In this document: in pieces, positions 25,589-38,190 of the stretch
How the letters are laid out: the number at the start of each line of letters is the position of its first letter
Position numbering within the stretch: position 1 is the first letter of the stretch
Origin: Octopus bimaculoides
Taxonomy: Eukaryota
Length of the DNA stretch: 64,000 bases
Assembly: GCF_001194135.2 (NCBI RefSeq)
Contig: NC_068982.1
Location: 109,007,040-109,071,039, forward strand
Direction: 5' to 3'
Notes under the pieces: model-generated
Told to the model about the DNA's origin: nothing
The model's database searches: none
The model's input: the letters and a program-made list of their open reading frames with translations, nothing else
Position numbers and translations under genes: made by a program

Positions 25589-25950
25589 TTTTACTTGTTT
25601 CAGTCAGTTGACTGCGGCTATGCTGGGGCACTGCCTTGTAGGGTTTTAGTCAAAATCGACCCCAGGACTTATTTTTAAGCCTAGTACTTATTCTGTTAGT
25701 CTCTTTTGTTAAACTTCTAAGTTATGGGATGTAAACACACCAACGCCAGTTGTCAAGCAGTGACGGGGGTGCAAACACAGACACAAAGATATATATGACG
25801 AGCTTCTTTCGGTTTCTCCCTACCAAATCCACTCACAAGACTTTGATTTGCCTGAGGCTATAGTAGAAGACACTTGCCCAAGGTGCCATGCATTGGGACT
25901 GAACTCAGAACCATGCGGTTGGGAAACAACCTTCTTACCACACAGCTACA
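25589..25950 (-). mobile_element. SINE family B, full length
   Basis: Reverse complement of the 4858-5240 element. Confidence 0.9.
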
Positions 25951-26349
25951 ATATATATATGCACACTGGTTTCAACCATTGGATTGTAGTCAAGCTGGAG
26001 CACTACCTTCCAGGGGTAATTGATTGTATCGACTTTATTTCTTGATCGGTACCTTTTTTAAAGTGACCTCAGACAGATGAAATGCAGTGTAAACCTGGGC
26101 ATGTTTTGAATTCTGAATGTCATCAGATACTACAAGGTAATTTACCTGATATTCTACTGATTCTAATACCCAAAGTGCTTTTGATTCTTCCATCCCAACT
26201 CTAATCAAGGTAGTTTCTATGTAGTTATTCACCTGCCAAACTCAATTATTTGATGCAGATAAAGACACATTGAATAATGTATTTCTAAATACTCCTTAAA
26301 TGATGGGATGCTTTTGAGCATAAGTTTACACAATAAATGTTGATCTGGA

Positions 26350-26562
26350 GCTGGTGCCATGTAAAAGCACTTGTGCCATGTTAAAATTACCCAACATGCA
26401 CTGTATAGTGGTTGGCATTGGGAAGGGCATCCAGCTGTAGGAATCAAGACAAAATCATACTGGAACCTGGTGCAGCTCTCCAGCTTGCCAGCTCTGGTCA
26501 AACTGTCCAACCCATGCCAGCATGGAAAACAGATGTTAAAGGATGATGATGATGATGATGAT
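26350..26562 (+). mobile_element. Family C (RTE 3' UTR-type) fragment with (GAT)n tail
   Basis: GGTGCCATGTAAAAGCAC...GGAAGGGCATCCAGCTGTAG...GATGTTAAAG(GAT)n. Confidence 0.8.
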
Positions 26563-26587
26563 ATATATATATATATATATATATATG

Positions 26588-27035
26588 ACTACGGACCGAG
26601 ACCTTTGGAAATGGGCTGTGCGTGAGAAGACCCGGCAAGCCAAGTAAGATCGTTGCCAGTGCCCCTGGACTGGTTCTTGTGCGGGTGGCACATGAGATGC
26701 ACCATTTTGAGCGTGGCCGTTGCCAGTACCGCCTGACTGGCTCCTGTAGGATTTTCGAGCGAGATCGTTGCCAGTGCCCCTGGACTGGCTTGTGCGGGTG
26801 GCACATAAAAGACACCATTTCGAGCGTGGCCGTTTTCGTGCGGGTGACACGTAAAAGCACCCACTACACTCTCTGAGTGGTTGGCATTAGGAAGGGCATC
26901 CAGCTGTAGAAACTCTGCCAAATCAGACTGGAGCCTGGTGTTGCCATCCGGTTTCACCAGTCCTCAGTCAAATCGTCCAACCCATGCTAGCATGGAAAGC
27001 GGACGTTAAACGATGATGATGATGATGATGATGAT
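26588..27035 (+). mobile_element. Young 5'-truncated RTE LINE (last ORF2 codons plus 3' UTR)
   Basis: Begins TDRDLWKWAVREKTRQAK*, then a repeat-containing 3' UTR and CGGACGTTAAAC(GAT)n; many CpGs retained. Confidence 0.85.
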
Positions 27036-27427
27036 ATATATATATATATATACTAAAGGTTGAATGTCTGCTATTCATCTACAAAATAGGATTAGAATCA
27101 ACAACCAAGTAACTTTTTCCCCTTTAACATTAAATTTATCTCACCTGGTTCTGGTTACTCTGTGCATTGACCTAGTACTTTGATTAATCCTTTGTTCTGG
27201 TATACTTCTTTCTCTCTCTCTCACTCCTTACTAATTTTAAACTGATGGCATGATGAGGTATATGTACTATGTAGTTGCTTTTTAGCCTTAAGTTAACGTT
27301 TATCAAGCAGATCTGTGATCAAAAGCATTTCAATCAAGACTGTACCATGTTTTTAGGGGTTTGTGGGACTACATTATATAATGTCCTTTCTTTAAGATTG
27401 TAGAATGAGACTTGATGGAGATTTTAA

Positions 27428-27636
27428 CCCTTTTGATACCAACCCGCTTGAAACCGCCTCTGACTCTGTAGTACAAATGTCTTGTTTTCAAAAGTTCTGA
27501 ATTAGAACCTTCCACCAATTTATGTTCCTAACACTAGCTTAATGATAACTAAGTTATTTTACTAAATTCTTTGTTATATTTAAAATTAATTGAAAGAAAC
27601 ACAGAGTATCTTAACAGAAATATGATAACAAAAGGG
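27428..27636. mobile_element. TTAA-target (piggyBac-like) MITE
   Basis: TTAA|CCCTTTTGATA ... TGATAACAAAAGGG|TCAA. Confidence 0.7.
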
Positions 27637-28249
27637 TCAAGCAGATTACATTATGAAATGGATGGGCTATTTGTCATTTAATATATTTCTAAAATTTGAT
27701 TATTAAGTGAATCTTGACGGCCATCTTCAGATACAGGACTTTAGTTGGTAAGAAGGTGGCTGTAAAAGGTGAAGAAGAGAACGTAGAATGGTGACATCAG
27801 AAAAAAAAAAAAATAAATAAAGCCTTCCAGTGTTAGCTAAAATATGTTAATGAGAGTGTAAATAAGTGGTATTCAACCTAGTTGCTCACAGTAAACACTG
27901 CCTTGTGCAGCACTGGAAATAAAAATATAAGAACTTCCAAAGCAACAGCATTGATAAAAATATAAGAACTCCCTCCAAGGCAACAGGATTGATAAAACTT
28001 CTTCAAGAAAACAAGTGGAGTTCTCAGAAAAAACCCCAAAAAACCCAATAAGCAAAGAAATTAGCCCAAGTGAAAAGGCGATCTGGTGGGAATCAGCTGA
28101 TTAATGCTTAAACTATGGCACAAATGAATCAATCTCAGCTTTTGATTTTATGAGTGTGATCATGGTAAATATAGTGTATTTTAATTTGGGGATTGGTTAT
28201 TTATATGATGGGTGGAGCACTGCATTGCTCATTGAGTGTATTGGTAATA

Positions 28250-28877
28250 AGAGGACCTTAATGCTACAAAGGAGTGAGAAAGATCTAATAAGAAGATAAT
28301 AATAATAATAATAATAATACAAAAGATATGGAGTAAATGGGTAAATAATGTCCTTAATAAAAGGAGTGGAGGAATTTAGGGAAGTTGGAGGTGCAAGATA
28401 AAGGGTGAGGTGAGGGAAGGAAATGGGTAAATTGTTGGAAGGTGAATGACAGTTCTTTTATGTGAAAGTGGGAAGGGAAAGGACTTAGTGGATTTGTATG
28501 ATGGAAAATGGAAGAAATGAATCCATGAATGAAAAGAAAATATGTATGGAGATATGTTTAGAAGTCATGATAGGGAGGGCATGTTGAGAATTGATTGGGG
28601 AAAATGGAATTAGTGGATAAAATGTGGAGTGCAGGTCAGTGCAAGTTGGTTTGATGAGAGAGAGAGTGGGGATTAGAGTGATTGGGAATTGAGAAAAGTG
28701 TGGAAGGGAGGGATTTCCTTTTGTTCTTTTATTTGAAATATGCTATTGCCCATAGCCCTTTCTGGTCCTCCCAGACTGGTGAGATGACTAGAGTAAGGAT
28801 AGATGAAGGAGGAGTGAGTGCAGAAAGAATAACATGAGTATTTAGGGTGTGGAGGGAAGAAAAGGAGTGGAGTGAGC

Positions 28878-28943
<66 letters not shown>

Positions 28944-29270
28944 AAAAGGAGTTGAACGATGTGACAACAGAAAAGGGTGGAGTGAAGTGAAAATGGAAGG
29001 TGGAAAGAGAGTAAAAGAAGTGAAGATGAAGAGGGTGGTGGTGGTGGTGGGGAGAAGGAGTAAGAGTGAAATGGAAAAGTCAGAGTAGCAAGAAATGAGT
29101 GTCGATTGATCTGGAATAAATGTTTAAGAATGAAGAAACGGAGAAAGGGACATAGAATCAGAGTGTGGAGGTAATGAATGAGAGAAGGTGCAAAGGAAAT
29201 GAATGACCGAGGAAAATGAAGAGGAATAAAATGTGAGAGATGAGGAAGTAGTAAACAAGACACAAACAGA
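28250..29270 (+). repeat. Purine-rich low-complexity tract with (TG)n(AG)n at 28880-28942
   Basis: About 1 kb strongly A/G-skewed on the + strand. Confidence 0.8.
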
Positions 29271-29279
29271 AGTCAAAGA

Positions 29280-29329
29280 CAGTTGCAGCATCAGCACTAT
29301 CAGCCTCCCTCTGCTGCTGTTGCAATAGC

Positions 29330-29364
<35 letters not shown>

Positions 29365-29614
29365 TAGCAGCAGGAATGGCATCAGCATCATCATCATCTT
29401 CCTTATCAACACCTGCAACAACAGCAGCAGGCATGCAGTTACTTATACAACTGCTGCTGCTGCTGTTGATGACAACAACTGGCTGCTGCTATGTGTTTCT
29501 CTCATGTGCTGCCGTGCTTGAGGGACTAGTGTTTGCGATGATGTTCTTTATTCTGGCAGGTGGACAGTAATGAAATAGATGATGATGGCCTTCTCTCACC
29601 CTTCTTCATCTTCT

Positions 29615-29647
<33 letters not shown>

Positions 29648-29900
29648 GTTGCTGTTGTTGTTATCACCGCTGCTGTTGCTGATGTTTATGTTTGGGAAGC
29701 TGTGTTGTCTTCTTAGGTGCTGCTGCTACTGCTGCTGTCATCTTTGTCATTGTCAGTTGGCCTCATCAGTGTGACACTGAGCTTCATGCTGTCATCATCT
29801 TTGTTACTGCTGCTGTTCTTGTTGCTGCTTCTTTTGGAAGTGGCATCAGACAACACCATCCCCATGACCGCTGTTGATGCTTCATGTTGCTTAGAGCTCA
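29280..29900. repeat. Mosaic of trinucleotide microsatellites (CAG, TAG, CAT, CTG, TAC, TGT)
   Basis: Direct observation; this is the source of the poly-L/Q/V/S ORFs in the track. Confidence 0.9.
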
Positions 29901-31651
29901 GTTGAGTTTCAGAATTTTGGAGTTCTTATGTCCCACCCCAATCTCTCTTCCCGCACCCAAATTCCTGTACTATTTCTTACTCACTTTCCGACCTCCCTCC
30001 TCATCAGGGTGGCTTTTCAACACATCAATCTTCCTCCCCTCCCCGCCCCATTTTGATTTTTTTTAAGTAAAGGAGCGGACAGATTTCAGCCGCTGTTTAA
30101 CTACATTGACACTGGAATTACAACCTTCTGACCCCCAACCATGGAGGAGGAACTACTGTGTTTTAATTCCGAAACAGCAAGTTCTATATCGAGAGAGGAT
30201 GACAGTCGAATCAGGGGATCACACAGGTAAAACTTGGATAATCTCATTTATAATTGTAGCAGAAGATGGATACAGTAATATATAGCTTGATACACAGATA
30301 TTGGATAATTTGTTTTGGTAGATAGATAGGGAGCTAGAAAGATAGATTGATAGACAGATAGATAGCTGGATGGCTGGAAGTAGATGAATAGATGGATAAA
30401 GTGAAACAAAGATGGTTAACTAAGGTGGTTGGATGGAACTTGATGAGTGGATGGAATTATATCTGTTGATGAGTGAATGAATAGAACTAAATACATACAT
30501 AGGTGATTGGATGGAAGTGAATAGATAAAATAATAAGTAAAAAAAAAGACGTAGGTAGTACCCATGCTTGCTTTGTCCTCAATGAATTTATTGATGTTCT
30601 TTTGGTTTACTTGGTAGGTAGTGGGAGGGGGGAAAGCATGGGCAGGTGATGTTTGTGAAAATTGCTAAACAATTTCCTAACAAGTCTTAAGACACATGCT
30701 TGGTAACCTAAGATATTCTTATTTCATGGCTACTTGCAGCTTGTCCAATACTATCCCCACTATCCCCTCATGGTTGAATATTATTACAACTGTTTGTCGA
30801 TCTTTTTAATGATAAGGTGCCGCTTCTTTTGCTTGCTACTTGCATAACAGGCAAATCTTGTACTAATTTTCTATCTTGTTTTATCATCATTAGCCTAAAA
30901 TGATGATGATAGTGTTAGTTATAATGATAATAATTTATAACAATTTAGTTTTATTATTTATTCAGTTTTTTATATTTCTTCTTATCTACAAGCTATCATC
31001 ATGCATATATGTATATACAGATAGTAACATAACACAGGCAAATGTATATACAATAAATTGTTCTATATACATGTAAAAAAAAATATTTATGCAATGCTTT
31101 ACACACTTACAAGCAAACATACACAGACATGCACAATTAGTAGTCTGTTCATTTTCAAGTGTGTTCTCTAACTTCATACTTCAACTCACCAACACAGTTT
31201 AATATTGTTTTTATGTCATTTCTTGTTTAATCATGCATGATTTATTTGCTCACTTAACCACTCTATAAATTCTCTTAAACCAGGGTGGATGTTAAGAGTC
31301 TAAATCTAATGAGTAATTGGTTAAATTTCTTGGCTTGTTTTTAAAGTGACTCAAGCTTAAAAATATTTCTGCATTCTTAAGTACAACAGGGAAATGATAT
31401 TCCTGTTCTATTTCGCATTCAGTGATTTTCTTCATGGGATATAAGTAATGTGTATGTGTGTTTGTGTGTCTATGTTGTATATATACGTGTATGTATATAT
31501 ATGTATGTATAATTTTATGTCTGTAGAGTGGGTAATAATTTAGTGGATAAAGATCATGCATTGTATGTTTATATTCTGTTGCTAACATTGTATTGTTCTC
31601 AGGCAAGATACTTAACTCTACTGGATCTGCTATACTTTCTTTTTCAAACAG

Positions 31652-31966
31652 GAAGTTTATGATTCTGACAAGTCAAGATGTTCACAACTTTCTCTAAGTT
31701 GTAACATACAATGTAAGGACAGATTGCTTGTTAAAAACTATATAGTTCCTAATTTCATTGTAGCTACTGAATACTCTGGAGACAGTTTTTCTAATATTTT
31801 TCATTTCTCAAACAGCACTAAGCATAGATATGATCTTGTACAAATTTTCTTTGGATTGTTCTTTGAAATGTTAGTGTTTAAAATTGGCAGTTTTAATCAG
31901 AGAGGCCATGACCCTGAAAATGAAGAGTCATGGGCATCGTCCACTCCTCCTCTGATTAAGCCATAG
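31652..31966 (+). CDS. Candidate exon or orphan ORF (EVYDSDKSRCSQLSLSCNIQ...; internal donor at 31712)
   Basis: Acceptor tatactttctttttcaaacag|; phase-0 frame open for 104 codons and phase-compatible with exon 23798-23858; CAAT|gtaagg donor. No recognisable domain. Confidence 0.3.
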   Translation, partial: EVYDSDKSRCSQLSLSCNIQCKDRLLVKNYIVPNFIVATEYSGDSFSNIFHFSNSTKHRYDLVQIFFGLFFEMLVFKIGSFNQRGHDPENEESWASSTPPLIKP

Positions 31967-33869
31967 AAATTAAACAATGTAACAAAAAAGAAAACAATAT
32001 TTGTTGAACAGTGGTCACTGTAACCCATGGAGATCTCAATAAAAGGCCAAAAAATAATTATAAAATGTAACTATTAGCATCCTAAAGGCTCCGATGCAAC
32101 AACAGCTAATTTACTATTATTGTTATTTGGCCCCCAGGTCAACCCTCATTGAGCAGAACAATGACCAAAGGTGTTCCAACCATAACCACCCCTTATTTTT
32201 AAGAGTTTGTAGGATTACATTTTCTAAAATGCCCTTTCCTAATTTATGATATATGGAGGTATGATTTAAAGTATATCTGCTAGCATTTATAACAGGCTAA
32301 GCATTCACTCAAAGGCTATATATCATTAGTTCTCACCTAACTGGACTCTAACATAAATAATGCAGCACCACACACACACATTAAAATAAATACTTTAGTG
32401 TCAAATTAGCATTTGGTAAGTTCACTTAATATTTGTGGCAAAACCTATAGTTTTATACTTTTTATAAGTTACTCTGAGGGAGGAGAATATTGTTCATCAC
32501 TCTTGAAACCTTCTTTCTGGTTGGTGAGATTAATCCATAGGTGGAAGTACATTGCCCATGATCTTTGTTGGCCTCCTTACACTGGTGAGATTGATGCAGC
32601 TGTCGCCTATCCCAGACATTTTTATAGACCAATGTGTGATGGAAAATATGAATAGGGAAGGAATTAGTTGTCTGAAAGCATGCAATGAAATTTGTAAAAG
32701 GTACCTAAAAACCAGGTATTATTCTGTGTGCAACAAATTTTCCTATGAAATACACTGCCTATGTTGTAATTAATTTTGAAACTATAGTTGGCTTTACATT
32801 CAGAAAAAAACTCTCTTATTTATAAGATAATATCTGTTAATAGTGGCTCACGCTTTAAGTCAAGTACTTATGCCTAACTATGCCCATTTTGAAAATGGTG
32901 GGGTAACATTTGGGAAAGACTTGGCAACAATTTTTTCAGTTCAAGCAACTGCATAAAGTTTGCTCATTAGCTCTCAGACAAACATAAAAACACATACACA
33001 GGAAAATAGTTACAACTCTTTGTCCTTGGATCACTTTTGTAACTTTTCTGATTAAAAACCATATAACCATGTGCTGAGTTCTGTTTCTCCTGTTTGTTCC
33101 ACCAAATATCTATACATGTATGTGTGTATGTATTATATGCTGTGTGGATTTATCTCTTTTATGAATGTATTATTTCATCAATGCTAATAATAACCCAATA
33201 GTAGTAAAAGGCTACCAGTTATATCACATCATCATTGTTGTAGGTTGAATCTGCATTATTTTGGTTGTGTCATCATTAGTAGTTACAAACCCAACATTGT
33301 TTCAGAGAAAAGTCTAATATTTTCTTACATAGAATTAATTAATCCTATATGTTCTATGGTGTTACATAATTTTTCTTGGACACTGACAAATTTATATAAT
33401 CGGATGTTTTGTTCTGGATATCAACTCATATATACATAGTTTAACTTAGAAAACATGTATAGTTCTAAATAACTGCACTGAAGCAAATGAAACTCAATTA
33501 GATTGAAATTGTGATTCTTTGATGACCAGAACTGCATGATTTGCAAAGCTTTGATCTGAAACCTGTTTTACAGTAACGCTAGAAATACTTTCTTAACAAA
33601 GGATTAACTCATATGATCCACAGTGTGTTACATAGTTTTCAAAACTAATAAGTGCCAAAGGTTTGAAGAATAGGAGAACTTAAAACAAAATAGTCTGAAG
33701 TGTGTATATGTGTGTGTATATAGTAACTAAGATGTCAGACACAAAGTTTTGTATACATAGTTTCCTTTTGAAATAATCACCAATTCATGTAGAATAATCA
33801 ATAGATGCATTTATTGCAGTTAATTCCATTTGAGACTAATCAACATGAAACCCTCGGTATTGACTTGAT

Positions 33870-34232
33870 CTCCTAGTCATTAGACTGCGGCCAAGCTGGG
33901 GCACTGTCTTGAAGAATTTTTAGTTGAATGTATTAACCCAGTACTTATGTTTTTTTAAAGCTTGATACTTAGTCTATCAGTTCATTTTACTGAACTGCTA
34001 AGTTATGGGGGTGTAAACATACCAGCACCAGTTGTCAAGTGGTGTGGGGGGACAAATACAGACACAAAGACACACACACACACATATATATGACGGATTC
34101 TACCAAATCGACTCACAAGGCTTTTGTCAGCCTAAGGTTATAGTAGAATACACTTGCCCAAAGTGCCGTGCAGTGGGACTGAACTCCAAACCATGTGATT
34201 GCAAAGCAAGCTTCTCACAAAACAGCTATGCC
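33870..34232 (-). mobile_element. SINE family B
   Basis: Reverse complement of the family B layout. Confidence 0.85.
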
Positions 34233-34901
34233 TACTGCATCTATTATTACATACATTCACTTAAACATTTTCTTACTTGTATGTGTGGGGTGTGGTTAAG
34301 AAATTTGTTCCAGATTTGATCCCACTGCATGGTACTGTTGGCAAGCATTTGTTTTCCATTATAGTCTTGGATTAGTTCCATCCTTGTAGTGTAAACACTA
34401 TAGAGAAGACTGTCAGTTGAACTGTACCTTTGATTTGAGGACCCAGCCTTGGCATACTTCATGTCATACTGATACTGCCTGACAGAGACACGTATCTTTA
34501 GAAAATACTGTCACTTGCACTAAATAAAATTCAATGACTATATTAGTCAAAGAAATGGAACATTCCATTTTCAAAATTAATAAGGGAATCTATCAACATC
34601 ATTGTTTTGATGTTCACCTTTCCATGCTTGCATAGGTCAGATGGAGTTCATTGAAGCAAATTTACCTTAGCCAGATGCCCTTCTGGTCACCCAACCTGAC
34701 CTGTTTCCAAACAAGATAACACTTCCCTTATAACTGGACCTGTTTTTGCAGAATATTGGAAAATCATTGACACTGCTTGTATGACAATGATGCTCATTTA
34801 CTACAATCACATGGTGTCAAGACAAGGAGACATGCATGCATGTATGCATGCATATGTGTGTGTGTGCACATGCGCACACGCACACACACACACACACACA
34901 T

Positions 34902-34941
<40 letters not shown>

Positions 34942-36400
34942 AATCAGTTCATATTCATGTTCACTGCATTTCTTGATGAGGTGAAAACTACATCTTACTT
35001 GTACATTCCAGTTTTGGTATGCTTTCTATGGCTGTATGCCCTTTCTATCACCAACCACTGGTCCCTTTTGGATGCATTTTATTGTACCACCAGCATTAGA
35101 GAGGTTGTTTTGCACATCCCTATCCAACGAGGGGACCACAGAAGTTTTCTCATCCTTGCTAAGACTCAAGAGACCCCCCCCCCNNNNNNNNNNCTTCTGT
35201 TGTCTTTGTCAGTTTTTTCATTTCTTTATTACCCACCTGGTGTTTATTACAAATTAGTCTGTTATACATCAAACACATTTTGGAATATATTGATATGTAT
35301 ACAGGTGTATATTTACATATTTACACAGACAAACACATAATCAAGTATTGATGTATATATTATTTCATTCTTACTAAAAGTTTACATTTTCCTATTAACA
35401 TCTTAGTTTGTTTTACTCTCCCATGCTTTAGTGTAGTTTGTATTTTAAATAGTGGTAAAGGTGGTGGTGGCGGTGGTAGTGGTGGCTGTGGTTTACTTGT
35501 TTCATAATATAAATTTAGAAGAGTCAGATAGCAGTGAATTGATTGTTCACATAAATATATTTGTTGTGTGTATGTGTACTCACACTAGCATATGTACTTA
35601 CATACACACATACATCACATGTGTCACTTTAGGATCTCCAAAAAGTTATTAGGACTCCTTCTTAAATATGAAGATCATATAAAATATTACTGTATTGATG
35701 TGCATGTTAGTTCCCTTACATACTCATACACACATACATATGTAATGTGTTGGGCCTATAAGCAAGTTGTATAAAAGTAAGCTAATTTGAGAATATCAGG
35801 TGTCATAGGAGTGATTTAAAGCTGTCAGGTGGCAATGGTATTGAATGAAGTCACTTAACCAGTCTGTACACTCATAAAAGAGAAAAAAAAATCTTTATTT
35901 TCCTTCCACTTTTCACAATTGACATATAAACCTTCCACGGTAAACAGTTGACAACTACATAAAACTGAATGATTGAGAGGATCATAGCAAGTTTTAGGGC
36001 GTAATCGAAATGAGTTGGAAAACAAGTGGGAACAGGATCACAGAAAGATATTTCTTATGGGACAATAGTATACACCACTCTTAGATATGTTACTATGATT
36101 AATTATTGGGGTAGTATCATAAATTATTTTAAATGTGTTTTTCTTCAGTTAGATGTTTCTGTATCTTTATTTTTTTCATCTTTTACTTGTTTCAGTCATT
36201 ATACTGCGGCCATACTGGGGCACTGCCTTGAAGAATTTTTAGTTGAATGTATTGACCCCAGTACTTACTTTTTATAAGCTTGGTACTTATTCTATTGGTC
36301 ACTTTTGCCGAACTGCTAGGTTATGGAGACATAAACACATTAGCACCGGTTGTCAAGCAATGGCAGTGGGAACGAATACAGACACAAATACATAGATATA

Positions 36401-37398
36401 CAGGGTGTGATGGGTAAATTGTTGCCATATTATATTTTTAATTTCATGCATGTACATTGTCTGTTTTTGATTTTGTCGAAATTTTGTCGACTACTCAGTA
36501 TAGTAGGGTCAGTTGGGCACCATCTGTGAGAAAAACAGCACCATGATGCAATTTATTCTGGCATCATCATCATCGTCCATCATTTTGAATCTGGGTTTTA
36601 TCCCCATTAATGGGGTGGCCAGATCTACCTCAGTGCCATAGCAACTGCCCTCAAACACTCTTGCCATCTCGCCCGGTTTTGGGCGTCCTCCCTTCTCAAG
36701 CCACCCCCACCCCCAATCTCCTCCATCTATCCCCTCCACATTTTCCTTGGTCTACCTTGCTTCTGTTGTTCATTTACTTCAAATTCTAGCACTCTCTTCA
36801 GAACATGCTCCTCATCCCTTCTCAACACATGCCCATACCACAACACTCCATTCGCCCTTGCCAGCCGTTCCACAGATTCCTCCAGCCCCAGCATCCTCAT
36901 CAAGTCCTCAGTCCTCCTCTTATCAAACAGAAATTTGGAAACGACATGCTGTATTGCTTGGCATTCGTGCTGGAAGCTCCAATATGAACATTTCAGAGTG
37001 TTTGGGTGTCAATCTGAGGACAGTGCAGAGGATTTAGAAAGAGTTGGATGAGTTTAATGGTAATTACGAAGGTACGGCAGCTTGGAAAACTCACTCTGAT
37101 TGTTCTGATAATAAAAGAACTGAATTTGTTGGTGAGATCCAGGCCATGATTGACAATGATCCCTCCAAGTCAGTCACGTCCATTGCCAGGGACATGGGAG
37201 TATCTGAGTTTCTTATCTGGCAGTTAGTGCATGAAGACATTTAGTATTCCTCATACAAGATGAGGAAGGGCCAATAAATTTACTCTTTAGTATTTCAAGA
37301 TATTTTTATTTAATTTTGGTAAATATATGTAAAAATGATATGTCAGTGTTATTTTCATTTTTGCGTAATTTAGATGACAATTTATTCACCACACCCTG
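36401..37398 (+). mobile_element. Internally deleted Tc1/mariner element, DD37D/maT-like N-terminus
   Basis: TA TSD, TIRs CAGGGTGTGATGGGTAAATTGT / GACAATTTATTCACCACACCCTG; transposase N-terminus EIWKRHAVLLGIRAG...IARDMGVSEFLIWQLVHEDI*YSSYKMRKGQ; catalytic domain absent, so the family call is inferred. Confidence 0.88.
36561..36926 (-). mobile_element. 5'-truncated RTE LINE inserted in the maT-like transposase ORF
   Basis: Minus strand DKRRTEDLMRMLGLEESVERLARANGVLWYGHVLRRDEEHVLKRVLEFEVNEQQKQGRPRKMW, then (GAT)n tail. Confidence 0.85.
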
Positions 37399-37810
37399 TA
37401 TATATACATATACGTGATGAACTTCTTTCAGTTTCCATCTACCATATCCACTCACAAAGCTTTGGTCGGCCTGAAGCTATAGTAGAAGACACTTGCCCAA
37501 GGTGCCATGCAGTGGGACTGAACCCGGAATGATGTGGTTGGGAAGCAAGCCTCTTACCACACAGCCATGTCTGCACCTATATTGAAAAATTTATAAACTG
37601 GTGTAAATAAGTTTTATTGAATTCAGGAGGGTTAATATATTTTGTCCTGGAATAAAATACTATGAGAATTGAATATAACATTGTGGGAATTGTAGAGTTT
37701 GCTCTTATCACTTTTATGTTTGCATATTTTGCATGGCTAACTTAAGATTCCAAAGGCTGTATTTACTTTTAAGACTTAGAAAATATTTCATACCTAAATT
37801 ATTGTTAATC

Positions 37811-38190
37811 TTGGCACTCTGTCGCTTACAACGTTGAGGGTTCCAGTTCATCTGATCAACGGAACAGCCTGCTCGTGAAATTATCGTGCAAGTGGCTGAG
37901 CACTCCACAGACACGTGTACCCTTAACGTAGTTCTTGGGGATATTCAGCGTGACACAGAGTGACAAGGCTGACCCTTTGAATTACAGGCACAACAGAAAC
38001 AGGAAGTAAGAGTGAGAGAAAGTTGTGGTGAAAGAGTACAGCAGAGTTCGCCACCATCCCCTGCCGGAGCCTCGTGGAGCTTTTGGTGTTTTCGCTCAAT
38101 AAACACTCTCAACGCCCGGTCTGGGAATCGAAACCGCGATCCTATGACCACGAGTCTGCTGCCCTAACCACTGGGCCATTGTACCTCCAC
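37811..38190 (-). mobile_element. tRNA-derived SINE family E (young)
   Basis: Minus-strand head TGGCCCAGTGGTTAGGGC...GGTTTCGATTCCC; nearly collinear with the copies at 42.0 and 46.7 kb. Confidence 0.9.

Larger units (their letters stand above)
36180..37582 (-). mobile_element. SINE family B split by a DNA transposon (halves about 36180-36400 and 37399-37582)
   Basis: The two halves join into one family B copy when 36401-37398 is removed from its internal TA run. Confidence 0.85.

Noticed and set aside
27708-27747. Candidate exon NLDGHLQIQDFS resembling a kinase segment (also ITDFG at 61194-61241 on the other strand)
   Set aside because: No other kinase motifs, phase-incompatible with neighbouring candidates, and on opposite strands; likely chance.
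29158-29905. Poly-Q, poly-L and poly-V ORFs
   Set aside because: Translations of trinucleotide microsatellites with no splice support.
32469-32700. Protein-like RWKYIAHDLCWPPYTGEIDAAVAYPRHFY
   Set aside because: Several competing acceptors, donors and frames, and no family recognised; kept only as part of the orphan-ORF finding.
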